64,000 bases of DNA. Origin: an uncultured Rickettsiales bacterium. Its GTDB lineage: Bacteria > Pseudomonadota > Alphaproteobacteria > Rickettsiales > CAIJLX01. The stretch is taken from assembly GCA_964414595.1 (NCBI GenBank), contig CAYPXJ010000002.1, forward strand, positions 22,328-86,327, written 5' to 3'. Shown piece after piece: positions 56,106 through 64,000 of this stretch (its first letter is position 1; every line of letters begins with the position of its first letter). Position numbers and translations under genes: made by a program. The notes under the pieces were generated by a model, which worked only from the letters and a program-made list of their open reading frames with translations, was not told the DNA's origin and searched no databases.

Positions 56106-57407
56106 TTAAGCCGGAACTTTTTCCCTGGCTTGATTCTTCTTAGTCTTTTTGTTTTTAGGCTCCGGTTTTTTGCGTGTGGTATTGACCAAGGAGGTATCGA
56201 TCATATCTTTCAGGTGCGCCGCGTAGTGTTTTTCAATCATTTCGACGCTGGTACGGCAGTTCTTCGCCACCTGATAAATATCCGCGCCTTCCAAAAGCCG
56301 GAAACATATATAGCTGTGGCGCAGACTATAGGCTGTGCGGGCTTTGCCATTTCGATCCAGCTTTATATTCTTCTCCGTGAGAATCCGGTTAAACATTTTT
56401 TTGTACTCACTCGGAAAGAGCCGGTCTGTCGGTTGCGTCGGCCGCGTCTGGATTATTTCTATTTCTTTGCCCTCAGCATCTTCCGAGATGACGTGTACCG
56501 GGCGCTGCCGATCACGCAGTCGCTCGAACGGACGCACCGCGCCGGGCATACTCTTGCAATAGCCGACACCCCTCTTTCCGCGTACTCCGATTTCGAGAAT
56601 CTTCTCACCGGAATATTCATCATCGACAATTTCTACATCGCGGAACTCGACATACTTCACTTCATCAGGACGCAGCCCCGTATTCGCCATGAGAAGCACA
56701 AAGTCGTGTAGCTGTTCGGCATACCACTTATGGCCTTTGCTCTTCGGATTCTTCGCGTTGTCACGGGTCGCCTGATAGAGTTGCTCGTATTCCTTCGGTG
56801 TGAACCAAGGCCGGTGTTCTACCTTGCTTTGACGCCGGTAAGGATCGGACAGATCAGGAAGTACCTCCAGCCATCCGCGCCGCATCGATGTTTTCAGCAC
56901 CATATTCATAGTGACCATTTCGTTATGGAGCGTTTTGCGGGCGGGTGGCTTCCAGGGTTTCGGTTCCTTATCCGTGGGCGGCAAAGGAACCGACTCATCG
57001 GGCTTCGGCTCCGTCATCCGATGCACACGGTATTCCTGCCACAGGCCCGAAGTGACCTGGTTCACGCTTTTGTCACCGAAGAACGGCATAAGATGCAGGC
57101 GGATGCGGTCTTTGTGACCCTGAATCCATTTCTGGCTACGGTGGCCGCGGTTGATGGCTTCATATTCTTCTTCAAACGCCGCCGCCGCTTCCGTAAAGGG
57201 TTTGCCTTTATGTAATTCGCCTGCCCGTTTCTTACCGCACAGTTCGAGATACCAGTCTTCTGCCACGTCCTTTGCGCGGGCAAGACTAGTCTCCTTCGTG
57301 CTCTTACGAAATTCCTGATTATTGAACGAAGTGGAGCAATGCCATTTGCCGCCGTCTCTGCGCCGGTAAAGGCTGACTTTATTCCCTAAAATTCGATGCC
57401 TTTCCAT
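56106..57407 (-). CDS. int: tyrosine site-specific recombinase (ICE integrase)
   Basis: C-terminal catalytic region NTGLRPDE...AYSLRHSYICFRLLEGADIYQVAKNCRTSVEMIEKHYAAHL (R..HxxR..Y). GAGGAGGAGGGG RBS. 140 nt from the tRNA. Confidence 0.93.
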   Translation of the reverse strand: MERHRILGNKVSLYRRRDGGKWHCSTSFNNQEFRKSTKETSLARAKDVAEDWYLELCGKKRAGELHKGKPFTEAAAAFEEEYEAINRGHRSQKWIQGHKDRIRLHLMPFFGDKSVNQVTSGLWQEYRVHRMTEPKPDESVPLPPTDKEPKPWKPPARKTLHNEMVTMNMVLKTSMRRGWLEVLPDLSDPYRRQSKVEHRPWFTPKEYEQLYQATRDNAKNPKSKGHKWYAEQLHDFVLLMANTGLRPDEVKYVEFRDVEIVDDEYSGEKILEIGVRGKRGVGYCKSMPGAVRPFERLRDRQRPVHVISEDAEGKEIEIIQTRPTQPTDRLFPSEYKKMFNRILTEKNIKLDRNGKARTAYSLRHSYICFRLLEGADIYQVAKNCRTSVEMIEKHYAAHLKDMIDTSLVNTTRKKPEPKNKKTKKNQAREKVPA

Positions 57408-57420
57408 CCCCTCCTCCTCT

Positions 57421-57510
57421 TGTGCGATTTTGTGCGAGGTTTGTGCGAGCTATTTTTTGTATATCACAGGGGGTTTTTCGAGAAAATAGGCAAGCGCCGA
57501 TAGCGCGATA
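57421..57510 (+). promoter_or_regulatory. candidate arm-type repeats at the int-proximal end (TGTGCGA x3; GCGCGATA)
   Basis: TGTGCGA at 57421-57427, 57431-57437 and 57442-57448. GCGCGATA at 57503-57510. Same motifs as 19092-19123. Confidence 0.5.
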
Positions 57511-57547
57511 AAACGTTGTAAATCAAGGAGTTGTTGTTTGGTTGACT

Positions 57548-57624
<77 letters not shown>

Positions 57625-57762
57625 TCACCGTATCAAACCGGTTATTGATGTAAGCTTGGACCATCTAGGGCCGGTTTGCCACTAAGAGTGCGGAGATTTA
57701 GTCTGGAAAGCCCTAAGAATCAAGTGTAATTTAGTTTTTATTACATAAGGTTTGGGGTTTTA

Positions 57763-58953
57763 GTGTCTTACAGTCGGCAAGAAGTCGAATCAAAGCTATT
57801 AAAGCTTTTTCCGCATTCAATTATTCCTTTGGATTCTAACGCCATTGAAAGCATTAATCGCCGAAAAAACAATAATTACGGTTTTAGTTATTTAGGGCTT
57901 CGTTCAAGCTGCCGGCCGGAAGACCCTAGCATGCCTAGCAAAGCATTTCCTCAAGGCATGCTTTATCATGATAATCATATTACTTTTGGCATCCGTATTG
58001 CAGCTTACCAACCTAAGCCAGGCTTTACGGCTCTTGTGGTTATAGCTCCCCAGGCAGAAGCCGATTTTCTTACCGAAGAACTTGGCCGATTCGGCCAGAA
58101 AGTAGAAGAAGCCCTTCCTGGATTGTTGTTATTTGTGCGTCACCTTAATCTGGAAGATAGGAAAGCGTTGAACGTTAAAACAAATCTGGATGCGATTATA
58201 AAACCTGAAAATATCCAATGGCTTGAAATGGATTTTACGCCATGGCAACAACGTTTATTGCAAGGCTACCGTATGCCTTCTTTTATTGTTTCCGACGATC
58301 AAGAATTCGGCCATCGCCTGCTGGATGCTACTCAAGTTTCCACCGAATTTCAGGGCAATATTACAACGCGTACCTCAAAGCGTAAAAAGCGCATTGCCAC
58401 TTTCTTTGATAAAAACCAAATAACCCTTGATTGGCACGATCTGTCACCTACGAACCTAAAGTCTGCAGGTGCGTTGGTTGGCGATTATTTTCAGGATGAT
58501 ATTAGTCAATCTTTCTACCGAAATGTCATGCTTGAGAATGAGGGGGAACGTAGGCATGCGCGCGCTTTCTGCAAGCTCGCAACCTTACAGCATAAGCCCT
58601 CGGGCAAAAACTTGCCTATCGGCTACTTTGCAAGTGAAGACATTTCGCAAAACGGAACCCGCTTTGCAATCTATTCCGGCTTTAGTCATCATAAACCAGA
58701 GTATGTTTCATCCATTGTAAATGACCCTCATCATATGGAACAAACCCACCGTTTTATACTCTGGTCTTTTTTACAAGAATTGAGGCAGATGTTTCCGCAG
58801 ATACGTCATATCGACTTCGGCGGTTCTGAAACGATGACTTTAGATAATTTTAAGAGAGATATTGGCTGCCAGCCACTAGACACGTTTTGGGCTTCCAGTC
58901 TTCGTACTGCGCGTCTGGCATCTAACGAGAAGGATTTATTGCCGGGATCTTAG
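57763..58953 (+). CDS. hypothetical protein
   Basis: 396-aa ORF with a GTG start. No motif recognised. Confidence 0.45.
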   Translation: MSYSRQEVESKLLKLFPHSIIPLDSNAIESINRRKNNNYGFSYLGLRSSCRPEDPSMPSKAFPQGMLYHDNHITFGIRIAAYQPKPGFTALVVIAPQAEADFLTEELGRFGQKVEEALPGLLLFVRHLNLEDRKALNVKTNLDAIIKPENIQWLEMDFTPWQQRLLQGYRMPSFIVSDDQEFGHRLLDATQVSTEFQGNITTRTSKRKKRIATFFDKNQITLDWHDLSPTNLKSAGALVGDYFQDDISQSFYRNVMLENEGERRHARAFCKLATLQHKPSGKNLPIGYFASEDISQNGTRFAIYSGFSHHKPEYVSSIVNDPHHMEQTHRFILWSFLQELRQMFPQIRHIDFGGSETMTLDNFKRDIGCQPLDTFWASSLRTARLASNEKDLLPGS

Positions 58954-59578
58954 CTTGTGACCATACATGCTCAAACTGTTGCCGGTAACTTTTTGCGATA
59001 TCATTATTTTCAACCAGAACAATCTTCGGTGTTTTATTTCGCATAATATTAATCGCGTATTTATTTGCGTAAACACAGTAAGGCACTTGTTCAAATAGCT
59101 CCCGAGATATCCAGCGGTAATGCGAAACCGGTTCAACAAAATAAGTATCCCCGTCCTGAATAAGAATGCGGCTTGTAATGTTATGCTTTTTAAATTTCTC
59201 CATCATTTGACGAAAGAATTTATCACCCGCGAGTTCGTCAATTCGTCTTTCGTCAACGCCGAAAAATAGCCTCTCGCCACCCGTCTTTTTGAGTGTTTCA
59301 AATTGATCTTCCCACAAGCGGAAAAGCGCATTTCTGCCCTCAAATACTTCTACTTTAAGAATTTCACCCCGTAACCTTACGCCGGTTCCTTCTGTGAATT
59401 CCACACCACCCTCTTCAAGGGCCACCTGTAGCGATTGAATAGTATCTATTCTGGGCATGGAAGTGCCCCGCTCAATATTGGCCAAGGCGGGCTTGGAAAG
59501 ACCGGCAGCTTTGGCTAAATCTTCTTGGCTCCAGTTTAAGAGGGCTCTAGCAGCCCGAATTTGCTCGATTGCGACCAT
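58922..59578 (-). CDS. XRE-family HTH regulator with a C-terminal domain of unknown function
   Basis: I prefer the start at MVAIEQIRAARALLNWSQEDLAKAAGLSKPALANIERG (GGGAGG RBS). Confidence 0.75.
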   Translation of the reverse strand: MVAIEQIRAARALLNWSQEDLAKAAGLSKPALANIERGTSMPRIDTIQSLQVALEEGGVEFTEGTGVRLRGEILKVEVFEGRNALFRLWEDQFETLKKTGGERLFFGVDERRIDELAGDKFFRQMMEKFKKHNITSRILIQDGDTYFVEPVSHYRWISRELFEQVPYCVYANKYAINIMRNKTPKIVLVENNDIAKSYRQQFEHVWSQAKIPAINPSR

Positions 59579-59698
59579 TTTTACCTCCCTAAGAGTCATT
59601 TTGTAATAAAACTTTAATATAGTCAACTATACTATTAGTATTGACTTTAACTGAAAATTAAGCTAAATTAGACTAATCGGAAACAAGGAGAGATGACG

Positions 59699-59863
59699 AT
59701 GAAAAAGACCAGTTCAGTACAGAAAAAAATCAAGGAAATGCAGGGCCGTATTCGAGCTAGCAAAGAACGTGCAAAAGCACTTTGGGTTATCTGTGTTGCT
59801 TATCGTAAAGCAGATGAAGTTATGGCGAATCTGATTATTCGCCAGCTTAGTACCGTGAACTAA
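59699..59863 (+). CDS. possible small basic protein (54 aa), not in the ORF track
   Basis: AAGGAG sits 8 nt before the ATG. Sequence MKKTSSVQKKIKEMQGRIRASKERAKALWV.... Divergent from the XRE gene. Confidence 0.35.
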   Translation: MKKTSSVQKKIKEMQGRIRASKERAKALWVICVAYRKADEVMANLIIRQLSTVN

Positions 59864-59866
59864 GCG

Positions 59867-60943
59867 TTAATGCGTTTGCAGAATTTCGTCCACCGATACC
59901 TGATTACGTCCGGTGTGTTTAGCGATGTATAAACGCGTATCCGCCATTTTATAAATTTCAGTCGCATCCAATTCATCGTGCACTGTTGCCGTGGCGGCGC
60001 CAATCGAAACCGTTACACCAACAGGCGTTTTATCCGCACCCACCATCATGAGCGCCTTCGCGATAGAAAGACGAATTCGTTCGGCGACCCAATAGGCCCC
60101 CTCAATCGGGGTGTCCGGTAAGAACACCCCGAATTCCTCTCCCCCTATACGCGCGGCCAGGTCGGTCTCACGTAACTGTTTTCGGATGATATCGGCCACC
60201 TGCATAATCACGGCGTCTCCAATATCATGCCCAAATTGCTCATTAATACGTCGGAAGTGATCAATATCGATCACAAGAATAGACACCTCGCTCTGATTGC
60301 GGCGAATGCGTTTCATTTCATGGTCGAGGCGATAAAAAAATTCGCGGCGATTCGCCAGATCCGTCAACGCGTCGATATTGGTGAGCTTCTCCAGCTCTTC
60401 CTTAATTTCACTTTCTACCTGAACACGCTCAGTAATGTCACGCAGCGAACCAATCGAGCCAATAATTTTGCCACGATCGTCAAACCACGGATACGAAATA
60501 TCGGAAACCCAAATTTTGCGACCGTCTTTCGTGCGCACTAAATAATCGGCCTGCCATTTATTCACATCGCCTTCTTTGCGTTGGCGTTCGAGATCGTCAT
60601 ACGATTCCACCGCCTTCATGCCGTTGGTGACAATACGCGTTTCCAAAATCAATTCGCGGAAATTTAATTTTTTCATTTCCTGCGGTGAGAATCCGAGCAA
60701 ACGCGTGATCGAAGGGCTCACATAATCGTAATGCATCGTTTCGTAATGCAGACGATAGATCGTATCCGCGGAATAGGAAGTGAGCAGATCAAGTTCAGAT
60801 TGTAGTGCAGAAATTTTTGTGGAGTGGCGGCTAAATGGAAAGAGAGAACGTAGATTGAATCTTTTTTGCTGGCTCGGCTTCTCGGTGGTGCCGATGATTT
60901 TTTTTACTAATAACGCGTGTGCCGGATGTTTGAATTTTGCCAT
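59867..60943 (-). CDS. PAS-GGDEF diguanylate cyclase
   Basis: PAS-like region, active-site GGEEF, and I-site RETD five residues upstream. Confidence 0.88.
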   Translation of the reverse strand: MAKFKHPAHALLVKKIIGTTEKPSQQKRFNLRSLFPFSRHSTKISALQSELDLLTSYSADTIYRLHYETMHYDYVSPSITRLLGFSPQEMKKLNFRELILETRIVTNGMKAVESYDDLERQRKEGDVNKWQADYLVRTKDGRKIWVSDISYPWFDDRGKIIGSIGSLRDITERVQVESEIKEELEKLTNIDALTDLANRREFFYRLDHEMKRIRRNQSEVSILVIDIDHFRRINEQFGHDIGDAVIMQVADIIRKQLRETDLAARIGGEEFGVFLPDTPIEGAYWVAERIRLSIAKALMMVGADKTPVGVTVSIGAATATVHDELDATEIYKMADTRLYIAKHTGRNQVSVDEILQTH

Positions 60944-61055
60944 TGCGTCAAACTACCTGTTTATTTTTTGATGGCAAGTAAAAACTACAACATCTTGTTG
61001 GCTACCTGCCTGACTCTTACTATATAATGAAATTCACCTAGGCTCAAGCGGAAGC

Positions 61056-62747
61056 TTAAACAGCGCGCTGCTCTTCAACATTGCCATCTGCTTTTACTGT
61101 AAAGCGCTGCTTTTTTTGCGCTGTGTCTCTGAGATCTTTTAATGCACCTTCGTCGCCTAATTGACGTACTAATTGCTTCATGGTGAGGGTTGTTACCAAT
61201 CCCAACAATTCATTATTACCACCCGGTTGCTTTTGTGCTTGTGTTTCTGCTAAACGCATTCTTGCTTCATCTGATCTGGCTTTTGCTTCCGCAATTTGTG
61301 CTTCAGCAGCGCGCTCTGCTTGCTTCGCTTCAATATCTAATTTTCTTCGTTGCATCTCACGTGCAAATTCTCTCTCTTCCTTATCGCCGCCACCTTTAAT
61401 TTTCTCAAGGTCATGCTCAAGCTGTGCAAGTTCTCTTTCTTGCTGACCGCGGCGCAGACGTTCTGCAACGGTTTCCGCCGGCTTTCCGTCTTCATCTAGT
61501 TTCGCTTTAGAATCCATGCGGTATTTTTCCTGCGCATCCGTAGGATCCATTCCATCTACGACTACGGCCCTTTTGATTTGTGCCAATTTCCATTTATTAA
61601 CTACTTCGGGATCGGTCGGATCATTTACATAGGCAGCATACGCAGCCGCTAACTCTGCCTCGACTTTTTTATGGTTTTTTTCTGTAGAAGGATCTTTCTT
61701 TTTCGCATGCAATTCCGCTTCTTTGATGACGCGCGCAAAATAACCTGTGACGGGCTTACTGCCCTCTTCAGCTAATCTTGCCATGGAGTCTTTACCCACT
61801 GTATTGAAAGCCTTGGTAGCCACTATATCAAACCGCTCCATTTCAAATTTATCGTGAGCAACAAATGCGGCCTTCATTGAATTTGATATTTCTGCGCCGT
61901 GTTCGCCGCGCAGCATTTCATTCATATGCAGCACGAAATTATATTTGAATTTTTCTACATAGCGGTCTTCTTTGGTTTTATCGCTAAGCGTAATTCTAGA
62001 TGCCGCATCATTTGCCATTTCCAACAATACTTGCTTATGCACTTCAGGAACTAGTTTTTGGTGGAGAGTTTTCATCTCCTTTTCTAATTGCGTCTTAGTA
62101 AGACTATGAAGACCTTTTATATCGGTTGATTTGAACGGATAACGCTCAGCTAATTTCCCGCCTAAGCGATATCCCAAAATGCTGCCAGCAACAACGGTAG
62201 CAAGTGTGGCTCCCGTCATTATAGTGGATGATAAAGCAGTTGCACCCGCCGCAACGCCAAGAGCGCCCGCGCCTAAACCTAATGCACCGGCAACAAGCGG
62301 TAAACCTATCGTGGTTGCGACCGCTACCGTCACTGCTACGCCCGCCCATTTCCCAAATCGGACCGTACGCTCTTTATAAAGTGCATTCTTTTCTGCAAGA
62401 GCGTTCTCATAGCCAGACTCAGCTACTTTATTTTTATAATCATTGTCGCGGTCGAGAATTGCCTGCTCAATTTTCTGCGCGTAAATTTCTTTGAACTTTG
62501 CACTATAGGTGTTGGCGTATTCTTCCCGGCCCTCTTTCAATTCCGGAAAAGTATGCACATCGGAATATTTACGGACTTCATCCTCCTTCATGCGCTTCTG
62601 CATTTCTGCTAGGCTCGCCTCTGCGTTTTCAGCGCGGGCTTTTTCTGCGGCAAGCTCGGCTTCCGCTTTTTTTGTATCCGGCGATACTTCTTCTGGTGTC
62701 GGCGTGGTACTTACCACTTCATCCGTTTTTTTTGTTTCTTCAGCCAT
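61056..62747 (-). CDS. hypothetical coiled-coil membrane protein
   Basis: 563 aa. Charged coiled-coil N- and C-terminal parts flank a Gly/Ala-rich hydrophobic block (WAGVAVTVAVATTIGLPLVAGALGLGAGALGVAAG...). Confidence 0.55.
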   Translation of the reverse strand: MAEETKKTDEVVSTTPTPEEVSPDTKKAEAELAAEKARAENAEASLAEMQKRMKEDEVRKYSDVHTFPELKEGREEYANTYSAKFKEIYAQKIEQAILDRDNDYKNKVAESGYENALAEKNALYKERTVRFGKWAGVAVTVAVATTIGLPLVAGALGLGAGALGVAAGATALSSTIMTGATLATVVAGSILGYRLGGKLAERYPFKSTDIKGLHSLTKTQLEKEMKTLHQKLVPEVHKQVLLEMANDAASRITLSDKTKEDRYVEKFKYNFVLHMNEMLRGEHGAEISNSMKAAFVAHDKFEMERFDIVATKAFNTVGKDSMARLAEEGSKPVTGYFARVIKEAELHAKKKDPSTEKNHKKVEAELAAAYAAYVNDPTDPEVVNKWKLAQIKRAVVVDGMDPTDAQEKYRMDSKAKLDEDGKPAETVAERLRRGQQERELAQLEHDLEKIKGGGDKEEREFAREMQRRKLDIEAKQAERAAEAQIAEAKARSDEARMRLAETQAQKQPGGNNELLGLVTTLTMKQLVRQLGDEGALKDLRDTAQKKQRFTVKADGNVEEQRAV

Positions 62748-62838
62748 AATTCATAACCCCTAATACAGAGTGCTTTCAGTATCACTCTACGTGCGGAATG
62801 TTACAAATTCATGACAGTTTGCTAAATTCTTGAAAAAC

Positions 62839-64000
62839 TTATAAATCGCGGGCGATAAGCGCGCTCAGACGGGAAGAAAATCCTTTTATATCAGCAGGTT
62901 GCTCACCCTCAAAAAGAGCCGCCTGTGCATAGAGCAAGTGCACGATATCGGCTGTTTTGTCGTCTGTTTTTTCTTCTGTAATACGTTTTGCGAGAGACTT
63001 TATCACCCCATGCTCTGGGTTTATTTCGAGTATTTTTGCCGACTTTCCTTGTATCTGCATTTGCTCAGCTAAAAACCGCTCCATACGAAAATCCATGCCC
63101 TTCTCGTATGCGGCTAAGCATACGGGCGTGCTCGCCAATTTTGTGGTTATTCGTACATCTGCGACTTGTTCACCAAGAATCTGCTTTATATAATTCACCA
63201 AACCATCGAGATTTTCAGACTGGGCTGTTTTTTCTGTTGGATTGGAAGAAATTTTAGAAAGATCAATGCCCGATCGGGTGATGGATTTTAGATTCTTTTC
63301 TTTATATTCTGGGAAAACAACCGTCCAAAAATCATCCACATGGTCAGACAGCAGCAATACTTCGACGCCACGTGTCGTAAACCCTTCCAGAAGCGGATGC
63401 TTACGAAGCTCTTCTAGGGAATCACCTGTAAGGTAGTATATATCTTCCTGTTCCTTGGGCATACGAGCGATATAGGTATCGAGGCTAGTAAGCTCTTCGC
63501 CGTGCGTAGAATGAAAACGGCAAATTTCAATAATAGCTTCTTTGTCTTCAAGCGTATCGCAAAGACCCTCTTTTACTGCGCCACCAAATTCCTGCCAGAA
63601 TATTTCATATGATTTTGGATCGTTTTCTGCCTTCTTTTTGAGTTCTGTAAGAACACGCTTTGTAACGGCTTTACGAATCTTCGTAAGAATGGGATTATGC
63701 TGAAGAGTTTCTCTACTGATGTTGAGGGGCAAATCTTCAGAATCCACAACGCCTCGCAGAAAACGAAGCCATTGCGGCACAATATCAATATCTTTATCTG
63801 TAATGAACACCCGCTTCACATAGAGTTTAACTCGTCGGGCACGCTCAGGATGATATAAATCAAAAGGCCGTTTCTGGGGTATAAAAAGCAGATTGGTAAA
63901 CTCCAGTGTACCTTCGTTTTTATTATGCAAGGTGAGCCACGGTTCACCTGGCATATGAGCCACATGTGTAAAAAATTCTTTGTATTGCTGTTCGCTTACT
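62839..64000 (-). CDS. htpG: molecular chaperone HtpG (Hsp90), C-terminal ~60%; 5' end outside the window
   Basis: LYVKRVFITD, LRFLRGVVDSEDLPLNISRE, TLQHNPIL. The frame stays open to the window edge. Confidence 0.92.
   Translation of the reverse strand, partial: VSEQQYKEFFTHVAHMPGEPWLTLHNKNEGTLEFTNLLFIPQKRPFDLYHPERARRVKLYVKRVFITDKDIDIVPQWLRFLRGVVDSEDLPLNISRETLQHNPILTKIRKAVTKRVLTELKKKAENDPKSYEIFWQEFGGAVKEGLCDTLEDKEAIIEICRFHSTHGEELTSLDTYIARMPKEQEDIYYLTGDSLEELRKHPLLEGFTTRGVEVLLLSDHVDDFWTVVFPEYKEKNLKSITRSGIDLSKISSNPTEKTAQSENLDGLVNYIKQILGEQVADVRITTKLASTPVCLAAYEKGMDFRMERFLAEQMQIQGKSAKILEINPEHGVIKSLAKRITEEKTDDKTADIVHLLYAQAALFEGEQPADIKGFSSRLSALIARDL

Noticed and set aside
54342-56711. 197-aa and 237-aa plus-strand ORFs opposite ardC and int
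   Set aside because: They are antisense to well-supported genes and have no recognisable motifs.
62770-62800. Hairpin AGAGTG-N10-CACTCT downstream of htpG as a terminator
   Set aside because: The 6-bp stem has a large loop and no following U-tract on the relevant strand, so the support is too weak.

Overview
The window has three blocks. (1) 1-18.9 kb is a chromosomal Wzx/Wzy-type surface-polysaccharide locus. It holds a nucleotide-sugar dehydrogenase and 4-epimerase, a Wza-like exporter, O-antigen-ligase-family and EpsG-family membrane proteins, a flippase, six glycosyltransferases, an AsnB-type amidotransferase, and pyruvyl- and O-acetyl-transferases. (2) About 19.0-57.6 kb is a ~38.5-kb integrative conjugative element (ICE) inserted in the 3' half of an initiator tRNA-fMet gene. 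The intact tRNA is at 57548-57624, a 47-nt 3'-half remnant is at 18999-19045, and a tyrosine integrase sits next to the tRNA. The GC-rich backbone is colinear with IncP-1/RP4: trbB-C-D-E-F-G-H-I-J-K-L-M, traF-traG-traI-traJ, and an RP4/R751-like oriT (20-bp palindrome plus ACATCCTG|CCCGC). It also carries ArdC, an orphan beta-class methyltransferase and XRE/CI-like regulators. AT-rich cargo is wedged in at three places and includes candidate immunity modules that match no system I know. These are a 1398-aa SF1 helicase/Vsr-DUF559-like nuclease with partners, a DUF4236/membrane operon, an HTH / PD-(D/E)xK-like / SIR2-like operon, and a WYL-like / Cap4(DUF4297)-like nuclease / degenerate UPRTase-like operon. 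There is also a block of LuxI/NAS-like acyltransferase, TonB receptor, flavoprotein and YfiR. (3) 57.6-64 kb is chromosomal: an XRE regulator, a PAS-GGDEF cyclase, a coiled-coil membrane protein and the 3' part of htpG. I saw no rRNA, CRISPR array or transposase. All family calls come from reading motifs by eye and from recalled family knowledge; no searches were run.
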